This document shows, piece after piece, positions 1-13,600 of a stretch of 64,000 nt of DNA. Origin of the DNA: Chlorokybus atmophyticus (Eukaryota > Plantae > Mesostigma and Chlorokybus algae); the NCBI GenBank assembly GCA_009103225.1, contig RHPI01000777.1, positions 124,001 to 188,000 of the forward strand. The letters are read 5' to 3'. Position 1 is the stretch's first letter. Every line of letters starts with the position of its first letter. Position numbers and translations under genes: made by a program. Under the pieces are notes generated by a model that did no database searches, was not told the DNA's origin, and saw only the letters and a program-made list of their open reading frames with translations.

Positions 1-72
1 GCGTGAGGCTGTGTTGTGTTGTATGGTCAAGTGGTCGTATGTCCAACACCCACAACTCACACATCTCCCCAC

Positions 73-3000
73 CTGTGTCTGTAGGTACAGCGCCGGGTTG
101 TTGAGCACCGTCCCCGCGCCCACGTCCTGTTCGAGGAACGCGTAGGCCATGGTGGGCAGCGCGGTCCAGAGGAGGTTGTACGTCGAGATCAGCGCCGTCG
201 TGTAGAGGGGCTGGCTGGAGAAACCGGAGAACCAGGCGAGGTAGAAGTTGCCGCCGACGTACACCAGGTTCTGCGAGGAGGGGGATGTGACCCAGATGAG
301 CTTCATGCGATAGTGATTGGATGTGCACTCTCGAACGCGCGCGCACGCACACACATGCGTGTGCGTGCGAAATCTCCACAAGCTCGCACACAGACACACC
401 CACGCACGCACGCATGTACACGCACAAACTCACATGCGTGCGCAGGTAGAAAAGCGTACACCCACATGCATGCACACAGGCGCAAGCGCGCGCACACACG
501 GGCGTTCACTCCCACACCCACAACCACACCGTGTACTTGCCTTGTAGAATGCGTACAGCACCAGCTCGCGGTTTCGGCTATAGGACCACCGCCCGTGCAC
601 AAGCAGCAACCGCACCAGAAACCTTTCATTCCAACTTTGTCAGTCACCACCACACACACAACATCACATCCGACATTTGACCCTCTTCTCTCCCCACCTG
701 AACTGTGCCACGGCATAGTCGCTGGCAAGCACCGCCGCCATGCCTTCTCGTCCGCTGATGCCAACCTGCACACGCGCACACGGGTACAGCATCAGTGAGG
801 TTTTGTGGGATGATGACACACAAGACAACATTTGCGTGTGCGTGTCTTGTTGTTTACCCCGATGTGCGCGGCTTTGATCATGCCGACGTCATTCGCGCCG
901 TCGCCCACGCCGAGCGTGACGGCGTGCGCGTGGTCCTTGACCAACTTTGTCACCTGCAGATGTGACGTATTGTTATGGCCTGTTACACGCACTCTGTGTG
1001 TGTGCGTGTGCTGTGGTTGTGTGTCTCTCTCTCTCTCTCCCCGCCATGCCTGTGCTTTTTGCAGTGGCGACACTCTGCAGCACAGCACGGCGTTGCACAT
1101 CATGCATAGTTCCAGGAACAGCAGGGCGTTCTCGGGCTCCAGGGCCCACTCAAGCACCGCACCGTCCACCACAACACCCATCTCCTTCTATACACACAGG
1201 TCCAAGTGAGCCACGCCCCGATCNNNNNNNNNNNNNNNNNNNNNNNNNNNNNNNNNNNNNNNNNNNNNNNNNNNNNNNNNNNNNNNNNNNNNNNNNNNNN
1301 NNNNNNNNNNNNNNNNNNNNNNNNNNNNNNNNNNNNNNNNNNNNNNNNNNNNNNNNNNNNNNNNNNNNNNNNNNNNNNNNNNNNNNNNNNNNNNNNNNNN
1401 NNNNNNNNNNNNNNNNNNNNNNNNNNNNNNNNNNNNNNNNNNNNNNNNNNNNNNNNNNNNNNNNNNNNNNNNNNNCCACGGTATCCCCACACCCACCTTA
1501 GCATCCACTGCTCTTATCCCCCTGGCCTCCTTCGCCATCCCTCCCAGCATCTCCCTCACTCCCTTCCTCGCACTCGCGCACGTCGCCTCTTTCCCCCCCC
1601 CCATCCCTCCTCCTCCTCCTTCAGCAGCCGCCATGACGATGCGCTCGGTGGCTAAGAACAGCTGCATCGAGTCGCGGAGTAGGTTGCAGCTAAGCGCAAT
1701 AGACACCGCCGTCTCGACCTGGACCAGAGAGAGTCGGTGAGTCGGTGAGTCAGTGACTCGGTGAAATCAGTGAGATAACACACCTACCTTATCTCCCGTC
1801 AGCAGCCATATCTTGATCCCCGCCCCCCCCAACGTCCCAATCGCCTCCGGCACCCCTTCCTGCAGCTTGTCCTCCACGGCGGTCGCTCCGACAAGGACCA
1901 GACCCACCTCGACCTCCTCCGCCAGGGAGGCCAGAAGGGAGTCGCGGTCGGAGAGGGCGATGGAGGCCTGGCGGAAACGGAGGGACCAGGAGGAGTACTC
2001 GGACTCGGAGAGCTGTGGAGTGGGGAGATGTGAAGAGCGTTGTTGTTGGATACAAACACATGCGCACACGTGTTTGTGATGCAAACACAAGCGACCGATC
2101 AAAGAAGAAGTCAACCAACGACATGGCCTCAGATATGCACACGCACGCGCAGTATCCGCAAGCAGTTGCAGTCGCAGGCACTTGCACGCGCGTGTGTGTG
2201 TACGCGCCCACACTCACACTTACACTCACACTCACACACATACACATACCCACCCAACCACCCACACACACGTACCTCACGGGCTGCGACGCACAGCGTC
2301 CTGTACCCCGCCCTCGCAAACTTCTCCAGGTGGTTCGTCGTCGCCGTGGCATGGATCTGGTTGGGCGCCAGTCTCGGGTAGATCGCCGTGTCCGCCCCTT
2401 TGCAATACAACCTAACAACAAACACATCTAGCATCAGCATCTCTATATAGCTCCTTGCCTGTGTGATACACTACACTCGCACCTTATTTTGCCTTGTGCG
2501 CCATCGGTGCCTTCTTCGCGCACCACCACGCTCATCCGCTTCCTGTCCGAGTTGAATTCTAACAGAGCGAGGATCTTGGACTTGTAGGACTGGGAGGCCT
2601 CGGCGCACTCCACCACAACCTCGTCGTTGGTGCGAGTCACGAGCCTGAGAGTGTGGGTTTGTGTGTGCGCGTGTGTTTGTGACAGCAACAGCAACAGCAA
2701 CAGCAACAGTTGGTCTTTACTTGAATCCGCATTCGGCTGCGCCTTTGACGAGGGCTTCCTCGTCCGGCGAGGCCGCTTGGTACTTGATGGTGCCGTTGGA
2801 CTCCACCGTTGGCACCACCGTGTGACACGTCGCCAGCACCTGGTCGACGATGTTGGTGTGTTGTGGCACGGGTCATGTGTCTCTCACTGACATACTCGTG
2901 CATCATTGGAAGAGAAAAATCCTAACATGCGGTTCTGCTGTATGCATGTGGGTTTGCGCGGGTCACATACACACTGTGTGTGCAAGAGCGCCAAGTCGAC

Positions 3001-3502
3001 TGCATACACACGTATATTGTGTGTATGTGTATACACACCTGCATATGCACGCATAGTCGCATACGCATGCATACGACCTCATACGACATCTGCAGTGGTG
3101 TAGATGCACATGTGTACTTGTGCATGTGTGCATGTGCATCCCTCACCCTGAAGAAGTCGCTGCAGTGATCCGCATGCGTCCCCCCCGCCCCATAAGCGTT
3201 CCTCTCCCCCCCTCTCTGTCCCGAAGCCGCTCTCTCCGCCCCCGCCGCCAGCGTCCTCTTCAGCAGCGGGTCCAGCGCCACCGTGTGCGGGGAGGACGAG
3301 GACGAGGAGGAGGGTTTGAGTGGGGATGTGAGGGTGGGAGTAGGGGGACCCTCGTACATCGTGCCGCCGATGGAACATTGGACGAAAGCCATCAGGTTCT
3401 GGGTGAGGGTGCCCGTCTTGTCCGAGAGGATGTACTCGACCTGGGTGTGAGCAAACACGCGTGAGTACATGCGTGCGTGCGTTGGCTTGTGTGCGCACGT
3501 GT

Positions 3503-3552
<50 letters not shown>

Positions 3553-6500
3553 GCTTACAAGTGTGCGTGTTCCTCTGCGTGTGTGTAGAGCATGCACGCG
3601 ATGGTAGCTATGCGTTACGTGTTTGCCTCATCGTGTACTCGCACTCACTCTTCTCGCGCACACAACATGCATACATCTGTGCCACGTGTTGGACTGTAAT
3701 GTCCACTCACTTGGCCAAGTTCTTCGTTGAGGTTGGAAGTGCGTGTGCGTGCGGGGGTATCCGTCTCCTCGTGGTACATCTGGAGGTCCCAGTTGATGAA
3801 CATGCACTGCCCAACCTGCGCAGAGATGGTCACGTGAGTGGCATGTTTTGTGTGTATGTGTATGTGTGTCTCAAACACACTCCCCACCTTGACCATCTCA
3901 AGGGTCACGTAGAGCGATATCGGTATCAGCTGGTTGAACAGTATGATGAAGCGGAGCCACTGCACCATGAAGGACCCGAACCCGGCCTTGAGATCGGGCC
4001 ACTTGCCGCTCGTGTAGATATAGGAACCTCTCGGGTAATCTGACCATTGCACATGGACACATGTTGGGTATGTATCATCACCCACAAACTCACGCAGACA
4101 CGCGCATTATGTGTAACTCTCCACCAGCCTTACCTGTCCAGATAGCGTTACCGAGCGTTGTTATCAACGCCAGACTGCCCATCAATGCGAACATCCCCGC
4201 CACCAAGTAGTTCATCGCCCTTTCCAGCTGAGAAACCTGCACAACAACCAGACACAAGTCAGTTAGGGAATCTAGTAGTAAGTAAAACAAGTGCTTGTGC
4301 ATGCGCATAGACCCAACGCAACATAAAAAGAAAACGAACCTTTCTTGGCGTGTGCACGGAGTTGCGCATCAGCTTAGAGTCAATCCCAGTGAATATCACA
4401 AGCCTGTAGTCGTTACCGTTATGTGATCAGATCAGGCACACACATGCACGCAAACACACGTGCACACACCAGCATCGTGTCCACGCGCACACACGCGGTG
4501 TCTCTCACCCAAGTATCCACGTGGTGTTGCGCAGTGTGGCCCCGCGCAGCAGCAGGTGGCCCACGTCCAGCGGGCGCGCCTTCCCCGCCGCCGCGCTCAT
4601 GCTGATGCTGCCCTCGAACTGGTACAACCTGTTGTTGGGCTGGACAAGGACCAAGAGTGTCAACCATCATGGACACACACATACACATACACTATGCATT
4701 CTCACACCTGTTCGCAGTCCACGCACAGCGCCCAGCCTGGACTTGACAGCTGTCGCACCTCATTCGCGCTCTGGTCAAAACAAAGGAGGTAAGTACACAA
4801 TCAGCCCCAATGCGATTATGTTGTGCAGTTGTATGTGTAGTCAGTCAAGTCCAGGGTGACTCATGGCTTGCCTGTAGGTGGCTTGTGTCGGTGAAGGCGT
4901 TCTTGATCTTGAGGTTGGTCTCGCCGTCCAGGTTGGCAGTCTCCACATATGCGAAGCCTGATCGAGTCAAACGGTGCTTCTAATCAGTCTCTGTGATGAC
5001 AAAACAAAAATCGATGTCATCACTCCATTTGGCTTCGCCAATGCGTGCCTCACCCTGGCTGTCGCTGGAAGAGAGCATCACCATGTCGGCGGGGAACTCC
5101 TGGTCCCTTTCCACCCGCAACACATCCCCGACTTCCACCTGACAAAGGACCATGTTTGTAGGGATGAATAGAAGTGTATCAGCCTGACGCCTAGCACAGT
5201 TGTGTGGTTCAGCAATCTTGAGCGTGGTTGAAGTATGACATATACTGCAGTGTACTAGGTTACAGTTGAGGCAGTATAGCATGGTGCAGTGCTGTATAGC
5301 TCCTCCTGTGCACAGTACTAGTAGTCGTGTTAGTGAGAGTGGGATGCTAGTACACCCACCCACATCCCCACCCACACACTCACATCCGCCCACGTGACCG
5401 TCTCCCACTCTTCCCCCCTCATCGCCTTGACCCTCCTGCCATTCACATCCCTGTCGCTCCGGTGGCGCGCGAGGTCGTCCCACCCCTCCTTGAGCGCGTT
5501 GATCAGAAGGACGACCAGCAGGGGGAAGATGGTGGAGAAGGGGGAGGTGGGGGTGAGACCGGGGATCACTTGCAAGCAGCCTATGAAGAGGAAGTAGAGG
5601 TTGGCGACGCGGCAGAACTGCAGGAAGAGGTTGACGGGGAGGAAGGTGAGGGCGGTGTACTTGCTGGTCACGATCGAGTTGCCGACGAACCTGTGGGAAG
5701 ATGTGGGTGTGGGGATGGGTGTGGGCGCGCGCAGGCACATGTGAGGCAAGTGCACACTTGATAGTCATGTCGTGTTGCTGAAGTAAAGAAACATCAGTAT
5801 GATGTTGGGTTAAGAACGAAAGATGTGCTGCTAGTTTGACACTGTGCAGCGGTACGCGTGCTGGAGTGTCGAGTGACTACCCGTCCAACGCTATGTATGT
5901 CTGATCCTGCCTGGTTGCCAGTGCGCGATCACATCAGTGTTGCAGTATGTGAATGATGCTACACGCCTACTGTGGTCGTAAACCTCAAAATACTTTAAAG
6001 GTGTAAACGGTTGTGCTATGAAGCCACTGTGCCAACGGGTAGTAAACTAAATGAACGCCATCTGGCACACGATATCATCAAAAGCCCCCTACCACAACTT
6101 ACTGTTTGGAGGGCTGCGCGTGCTTCGAGTTGGCCTCTTTGATGTAAACTCGCCTGAACTGCTTCGCTGGCTCCGGCGCTACCTGCCAAGCGAGCAACAA
6201 TGTGTATAGCGCGGTAACGTTTGCCAGATACAATGCTGGGTAGACGTGCGTGTGTGCACGTGCGTGCGTGAGTTGGTGCGTGTGTGTGTCTGTGTGCATC
6301 TGTCTGTGTGAGCGGGTGTCTCTGTGCGCATGCGTGTGTGTGCGCCTGTGTGTGTGTGCGTGACAGCTTTGCTTGCGTGCACGTTCAAATTAGATACAAC
6401 ATGTCCCACGTCCACTTCTGTTGTGTTCGTCTGTTTTGCGTACGAAGTGCATGCGAGCTACGCTGTGACAGACTTCCTTCACAACAGTGCAACAAATCCA

Positions 6501-6670
6501 CACTTGTTGCAGATACACCTTTTCTTCGCATGTTGTACCTGAACGTTCATGATCCCCAGTCCGGCCTGTTGCCTCAGGCCACACCGGCGCAGGGCTGCTG
6601 CCAGCTGGTCCGCATGTCCATTATACTCCTCCTTCTCAACCCTTGCATCTGTAGTATCATGCCTCTCCAC
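73..6670 (-). CDS. P4-type ATPase (phospholipid flippase, ALA/DRS2/ATP8A-like); about 20 exons, 3' end lies beyond the left edge of the window
   Basis: Spliced minus-strand exons give N-terminal GNSIVTSKY...F...R.AN.YFL (5390-5690), actuator [13 protein letters not shown] (about 4880-4958), TM4 [13 protein letters not shown] (about 3890-3935), phosphorylation motif [11 protein letters not shown] (about 3395-3430), [64 protein letters not shown] and [10 protein letters not shown]. The first exons (6670-6539, 6182-6103) join in frame; the start codon is tentative. An N gap at 1224-1475 lies inside the gene. Confidence 0.95.
1224..1475. other. Assembly gap (others at 39159-39196, 40704-40838, 45329-45637, 58544-58617)
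   Basis: Runs of N. Confidence 1.
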
Positions 6671-7617
6671 CAGCCTTACTCCTCCAGTTCAGACTCCTTA
6701 CCTCTACCTCCGCGCCCTGGCTGCTTCTCTTTGGCCCCGCCCAATCCGGCCTGATGGCCTGGCCTGGCGTGGCCTGGTGAAGGCGGAGCGGCGACGTGTC
6801 ACGTGAGGGCGGGCGGGGAAGCCGGGCGATACTATCCAGCACGGGAGATCTCTAACTATGCGGTAGGCCGCGCACCAAACCTGTGCTCATTATACCGGAC
6901 AGATTGTAGCTGTATCAATACATCTACTGCTCAAGGGCTGGTCCAGTCGGCAACAGAGTGCGCGAGCTGCCGGCCCCTTTCCGTTTGTCATTGCATGCCG
7001 GTTCGGCCCTAAGCAATGCATTTAGCGCTCGCACAGATTTGAAAAGACGTGTGTGCCCGGCTCTCAAAAGATGTTGGGTTTTAGGGTTCACCCGGTGCGC
7101 TTGTTGTGTCTACCCCTCGTTACCCCGAACCATTGCTTCCTTGAACGCTTCCGGAAGAGAGTTTTGAAGCTTCTGCTAAACGGTCAAGTCGAGCACTTGG
7201 CGGCTTCTGAGTGGCCGAGTACGCGGCGTAGACAGCGTCCCGGAAAGTTGGTGCCCACCACCGACGCTACTGTCGATACAGGCAGTAGCGAAGCGAGCCC
7301 TAGCTAGCCGTTGACGGGTCGACATTGTAGGCTCAACAGTCGGCGCATATGACGAGTCAGGTGACCTGACTAAGCAGTCTCAGTTGAGGCTTCGGTTGCA
7401 CGTGGCGTCATTTGGTGAAGTGCCGGCCAGCACTGTGGCGGCAGTGGCAGTATGGGCGGCATGGAAGATATGGCCAAGGATGGCATTAGAGATCATAGAG
7501 CGCTAGAGGATTGCGTGTGACACATAAGGCGTTAGGGTTTTGTGTTGAGGGATGAGCTGCTAGTAGGCGGCGGCGGAGGTAAGGAAGAGGAGGTTGAGGA
7601 GGTGGTTGGCTCCGCCC
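6671..7617. promoter_or_regulatory. Divergent (bidirectional) promoter region between the flippase and callose synthase, with a telo-box
   Basis: 947 bp separate the two opposing start codons. TTAGGGTTT (reverse of telo-box AAACCCTAA) is at 7532-7540 and a GC-rich segment is at about 6700-6840. Confidence 0.55.
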
Positions 7618-10600
7618 ATGGCTGCGGCCGGGGGCGGGGCCGCCGGGGCGATGGGGCCTGCGGCGACGGGCGGCGCAGCGGTGCTGCCGGACAACCTCGC
7701 CGCCATCAGGGTGTTCCTTCGCACGGCGGACGAAGTGAGGCAGCGCCGCCCCAGGGTGGCCTACCTATGCCGCGTCGCCGCCCTGGAGGAGGCCATCCGG
7801 AGGGACCCGCACTCACGAGGGCGACAGGTCCTGCAGTTCAAGACTGAGCTACTGCAGCAGCTAGAAAAGGAGGAGCATGAAACGCGACAAGTAAGGGGCA
7901 GGGCTTTGCTCTCACTGGCTTTATTAGACTTGAGTCACGTCTCGTTTGAGCAACAATTTTCTTGTCACTGAGATCTACTTTGAAGTAGTAAACCCCCTAA
8001 TCAGCAGCCATGTTGGATGCAATCAGCGTGTTTGTGCAACATTTGAATGATGAGTCCCAGTAACCTGAGTGTTTGCCATGGCATGCACTCCGCCTTGTCT
8101 ATGATAGAGCTCTTTATCTTATCCAAATGGCTTGCAGAGTTGTTGCAAAAGCTAATGCAACTGTTGATCGCACACATGCATGTGCAGCGGTGAGTAAAGT
8201 CATAATGTTTCATCATTCGTGTTGCAGAGTCGTGTGGAGTCCAGTGATCTGGCAGAGCTGCGGTCGTTCTTTGAGGAGTATGCCAGGGAGATATCCGAGT
8301 CCATGGATGCGGAGCTCACACAAAAGCAGCGATCTCGATTGGCGAGGCAGTTCCACACAGCAGCTGTCATTTATGACGTCCTTCGAACACAGGTATTGTC
8401 ACTTACTCCTGTTACTGTTTGCATGATGAAACATGATCAACCACCAGTGTTGACGTGCCCTGCATATGATGCCCACGCATGTGCTACTTGCCTCACCTAA
8501 AGTTCTTGACAACTGATTAACAAGTCCCAAATGTTGATATCAATGTTAACACGGCAAGTCATTGATTGTGTGGTCTGTTGCTGGCTGCTGATGGTGTGTG
8601 CATGCAAACAGGCAGCTGCAGACACTCAGGAGCTGCCAGAAGAGCTCAAGGACTTGGGCAGGCAGGTGGTTATTCAGGCAAAAGAGTTGACGCGGAAGGC
8701 TTACAACATGGTGCCGCTCGACGGCGTGTCAGACGACGGGATTACACTGCCCGAGGTCACGATGACGGTAGCCGCGTTCAAATCCGTTGCCGACAAGCTG
8801 CCTAAGACAAGCGAGATGCCCGCGAACGCAACCAACTTGGACGTGTTCGACTGGCTCCAGGCCCTGTTTGGCTTCCAGTCTGACAACGTTCGCAACCAGC
8901 GTGAGAACGTGGCGCTTCTTCTTGCCAACGCGCAAAGCCGATTCATGGACACCTCCTCGTCGGCCACACGGAGGCTAGACCCGCGGGCTGTCACGTGGGT
9001 CGCCAACAAGACCTTCCACAACTACCGCGAGTGGTGTCAGTACCTCAACCGCCCGCCCAACGTGCCCTCGGGAGCCTCTCCCGATGCGGACTGGGAGGAC
9101 TTGTTGCTCTTCACCGCCCTCTTCTACCTCATATGGGGCGAGGCGGCCAACCTTCGCTTCGTGCCCGAGTGCTTGTGTTACATCGTCCACAACATGACAC
9201 ACGACGTGAAGTCCATGCGCAACGGCAACGCGGCTTTGGTTGAGCTGCCGGCCATCGGCGCACCCGAGTATAGCTTCTTGAAGAAGGTGGTCACGCCTTT
9301 CTATGAGGTGTGCGCCAAGGAGGCCGACTTTGCTGATGAGAGCAGGAAGAAGCGCAACAGCGTCGGCTTCAAACCGCACACGGCGTGGCGCAACTACGAT
9401 GACATCAACGAGTTCTTCTGGTCCGAGAGATGCTTTGAGCTCAGCTGGCCGCTGGACCGCAAGAAGAACTTCTTTGTCACACCGAAGGAGAAGATCACGC
9501 CTGCAGAGAAGCGCATGCTGTATGAGAAGTCCGATGGCACGGGTCTCCCCGACAACACGAGGGAGCGAGAGCACAAGACCTTTCTGGAGAAGCGCAGCTG
9601 GCTGGTGTTGTTCCGATCATGGGATCGCCTTTTTAATCTGTAAGTTGTGTGCGCATGCGCACGCGCACATGTGTGTCGTATATAACTGGCGCAGCTGCTT
9701 CCTTGTTTGCAGTCCCAACCCACTCTTTGATGTTGTGTCTTCAGGTACATATTGTCTCTGCAGCTGTTGATTGTGATAGCCTTCCGCGAACAGAGCCTGT
9801 TTTCGACCCAGATGCTGCGATTGCTGGGCAGTTTGATCGTCACTTACGCATTGTTGAACCTGTTCCAAGCGCTGTTGGATTTGTGGTTTGCTTTTGGGAT
9901 CTGGACGCACATGCCCGTAACAAGACTGTTGCGACTTTTTGGCCATGCCGTAATGCACGCCGGCTGTGCTGTGGTCCTTCTCGTGTGGTACATCTTGGTA
10001 AGCACATAGTCTGCTGAGGGTTGGCGTTTGGCTGTGATGTTGCGTAGTTGGTATCCAAACGGTAATGTTTGTGTGCAGGTGATGGATCATAAGCAGTTCA
10101 AGTACGACATCATCTACATCTGGTTCATAATTGCCTACGTCGGGCCCACCATCTTCAGGGTGTTGATCAGGTTGATACCCATCTTCAACCGGTGCCTTGC
10201 CACGAGATCCAACGGGGTGCTCTACTTCCTGTTCTGTCCCCTTATTTGGTGGTCCAACACACGCTTGTATGTTGGACGTGAGTTGATGGAGCCCGTGAAG
10301 CAGACAGTGGGCTACTTGCTCTATTGGCTGGCGCTACTCGCATGCAAGTTCACATTCAGCTACTTCTTGCAGGTAATGTAAACAGGTTGTTCATTATGCC
10401 AAATTTGTCTGGACTTGAGAGAGTGTACAATGCATTGCAAACATGTTTAGTGTTGAGAATGACCAAGCGCGAAAGTGCTCAGTGGTTGTGACACAACTTG
10501 TGATCAGGTCAGACCGCTTGTGAGACCCACTCGCAGCCTCTGGAAGAACTGCGATCTCAAGTACAACTGGTTCGAGACCATTGGTGGCTGCTACAACCTG

Positions 10601-13600
10601 GGCGCCATATTCTTCGTGTGGTACGTTATTGCGCACTGACATGCTTTGGTCTTGACTGCATGGGGCCAGATGTGTTAACAGTATGTGAATTGCAGGGCTC
10701 CCATCGTGCTGGTCTATTTTATGGACATGCAAGTGTGGTATGCGATCTTCTCCACGCTTGTCGGCGGCTTCACCGGCCTGTCCTGGCGTTTGGGTGAGAT
10801 CCGCACGATGGGTGTGCTCACGTCGCGGTTCAGGTCCCTTCCCGCAATGTTCTGCAAGAAGCTCTTACCCAAAACGGGTTCGGTGTCGGCTACCGCCATC
10901 GAGCAGGCCCGCGCCGCCGCCAATCCCTACCGCGAGCTCCTCCTTAAGCGCAGGCCGAGCCAGCGCCTCGACCACGTTGGCCCCAACGGCGAGCTCACCG
11001 CGCGGCCCGAGCGGCTCCTATCCGAGGACTCGATGTCGGAAGACGACGTGTCACAAGACAAGAAGTTGGAGCCTTACGTCATGCCGCTCGTGATTGAGCG
11101 AGCTGAGCGCTTTGCGGGCATGTGGAATGAAGTCATGGAGAGCATGCGGGAAGAGGACTTGATCAGCGATGATGAATTGGACAGGCTGTTGATGCCCATT
11201 GGAAACAAGGACATGCCTGTGATACAATGGCCGCTGTTCCTGCTCGCTGGTTACATCCACAGCGCGATGGAGCTCGCTGCGGGGGATCTTGCAAGTGATG
11301 AGGACGTGTGGAATGAAATTGAGCAGCATGACTACCAGCGTGCCGCCGTCATCGAGGCATACGTGACCGCCGAGAGCATGCTCAAGTCTCTCGTGATCGG
11401 TGCAGAGGAGGTTCGCGTTGTGGGACTCATCTTTGAGCACATACAGCACGCCATCAGCCACAAGGACCTGTTCATGGCCTTTGACCTGCAGCAGCTACGC
11501 AGCCTCCACACCAAGGTGGTGGCGCTTGCGGACCTCCTGAGCAAGCCCGCAATGCCGGACAAGCACAACCAGGTGGTGCGTCTCCTACAGAACCTGTACG
11601 ACGCCACCGTGCATGACTTCATGCGCCCCGAGCTGCGCAAGGAGTTTGTGCTCCAGGAGACCAGCGCGGCGGGCTCGCTGTTCCTTGGCACGCCAACGCA
11701 ACCTGTCGTGCGCTACCCGCCTCCCCCCGAGGAGGCCGACAAGTTGATGGCCCAAGCCAAGAGGCTGAAGCTCCTTCTCACACTCAGCAACGCACACCGC
11801 GGGACGCTACACAGCGAGGAAGCCAAGCGACGATTAAAGTTCTTCACCAACTCCATGTTCATGAAGATGCCCAAGGCGCCGCCGACCCGTTCCATGCTGT
11901 CGTTCTGCGTACTCACGCCCTACTACTCAGAGGATGTCGTATACTCCATTGACCAGATCCTGAAAGAGAACATGGACGGCGTTTCCATCCTATACTATTT
12001 GCGCACGGTAAGTGCACTTGCAGTGCTGGCATGTACCTGTTAGTTTGACTATGTGCTGGTGTAATGTGCATCTTGCGCTTGGGATGCAGATATACCCTGA
12101 TGAGTGGGAGAACTTTCTCAAGAGGATGCGCATGACCGAAGAGGAGGTGTGGAAGTTCAACGACGGCATGGAGCTGCGGTTGTGGGCTTCATACAGAGGC
12201 CAGACACTGGCAAGGACAGTCCGCGGCATGATGTATTACCAGAAGGCCATACAACTGCAGGTACACATTAACAATGCGTCTTACTTGTGTTTAGTAGCTC
12301 CCAACAAGCTGATACTCAATGCCTCAATCTGCAGGCCTTCTTTGATCACGCCTCGGCTGATGTGTTCCGGGAAGGCTTCAAGAAAGCCATGTCGCAGCGA
12401 AGCGGCCCCGCGCGTCACGTACGCAATTGGGCCAACGCAATCGCCCACCTGAAGTTCACGTACGTGGTCTCGTGCCAGATCTACGGCAAGCAAAAGAAGT
12501 CCAACGACCAGCGCGCTGCCGACATCTCCGAGTTGATGAAACGGTACGAGTCCCTCCGCGTGGCGTACATCGATGAGGTCGAGGTCCCCGCCGATCCAGA
12601 ACCGGGTGAGACGGCAGCCAACAACGCAGGGATCAAAATGCGAACGGACTACTACTCCGTCCTCATGAAGTACTACCAGGGTCGCGAGCAGGAAGTCTAT
12701 CGCATCAAGCTTCCCGGCAAAGCCAAGCTTGGTGAAGGCAAACCGGAGAACCAAAACCACAGCATCGTGTTCACGCGCGGGGAGGCAATGCAGGTATGGC
12801 AGCAAAGTTGTTCTGCTTACACCTGAGACTCAATGATGCTTGTGTGGGGTCTCGTTGCTCAAGTGTTGTTCACTGCAGGCCATTGACATGAATCAAGACC
12901 ACTACCTGGAAGAGGCTTTCAAGATGCGCAACTTGCTGCAAGAACTTGAACAGGGTGAGTCTAGCTCTACGGGAGAGAAGCGCTTCCCCAACATTCTTGG
13001 TGTGAGGGAACACATCTTCACGGGATCCGTGTCCTCGCTCGCCCACTTTATGAGTCTCCAGGTAAGTTCACGCTGATGTTGTTGTTGTTGTTGTTGCGGT
13101 TGGCAATGAAGCACTGGAGACTTACTTACTTCTGACGTGCTTTGTGATTGTGCACAGGAAACGAGTTTTGTCACTATTGGTCAGCGTGTCATGGCCAACC
13201 CGCTGCGCGTGCGCATGCATTATGGCCACCCCGACGTGTTCGACCGTGTGTGGACTCTCACTCGCGGAGGCATGAGCAAAGCCTCTCGTGTGATCAATCT
13301 CAGCGAGGACATCTTTGCGGGCTTCAACTCTACGCTGCGTGGCGGTCTCGTGACGCACCATGAGTACATCCAGTGCGGGAAGGGCCGCGATGTGGGCCTG
13401 AACCAGATTACCAACTTTGAGGCGAAGGTGTCCTCCGGCAATGGTGAGCAGGTATTGACGCGAGACGTGTTTCGTATCTCACGCAACACGGACTTCTTCC
13501 GCATGCTGTCCTTCTACCACACCAGCGTGGGCTTCTACGTCAACAACATCATCGTGGTGTTGGCCGTGTACATCTACCTTTACGGCAGGATGTGGATATC

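Noticed and set aside
8423-8516. C/D snoRNA-like boxes in CALS intron 2 (ATGATGA...CTGA)
   Set aside because: No clean terminal stem, and the only rRNA-like complementarities (8-9 nt) are not adjacent to a D box.
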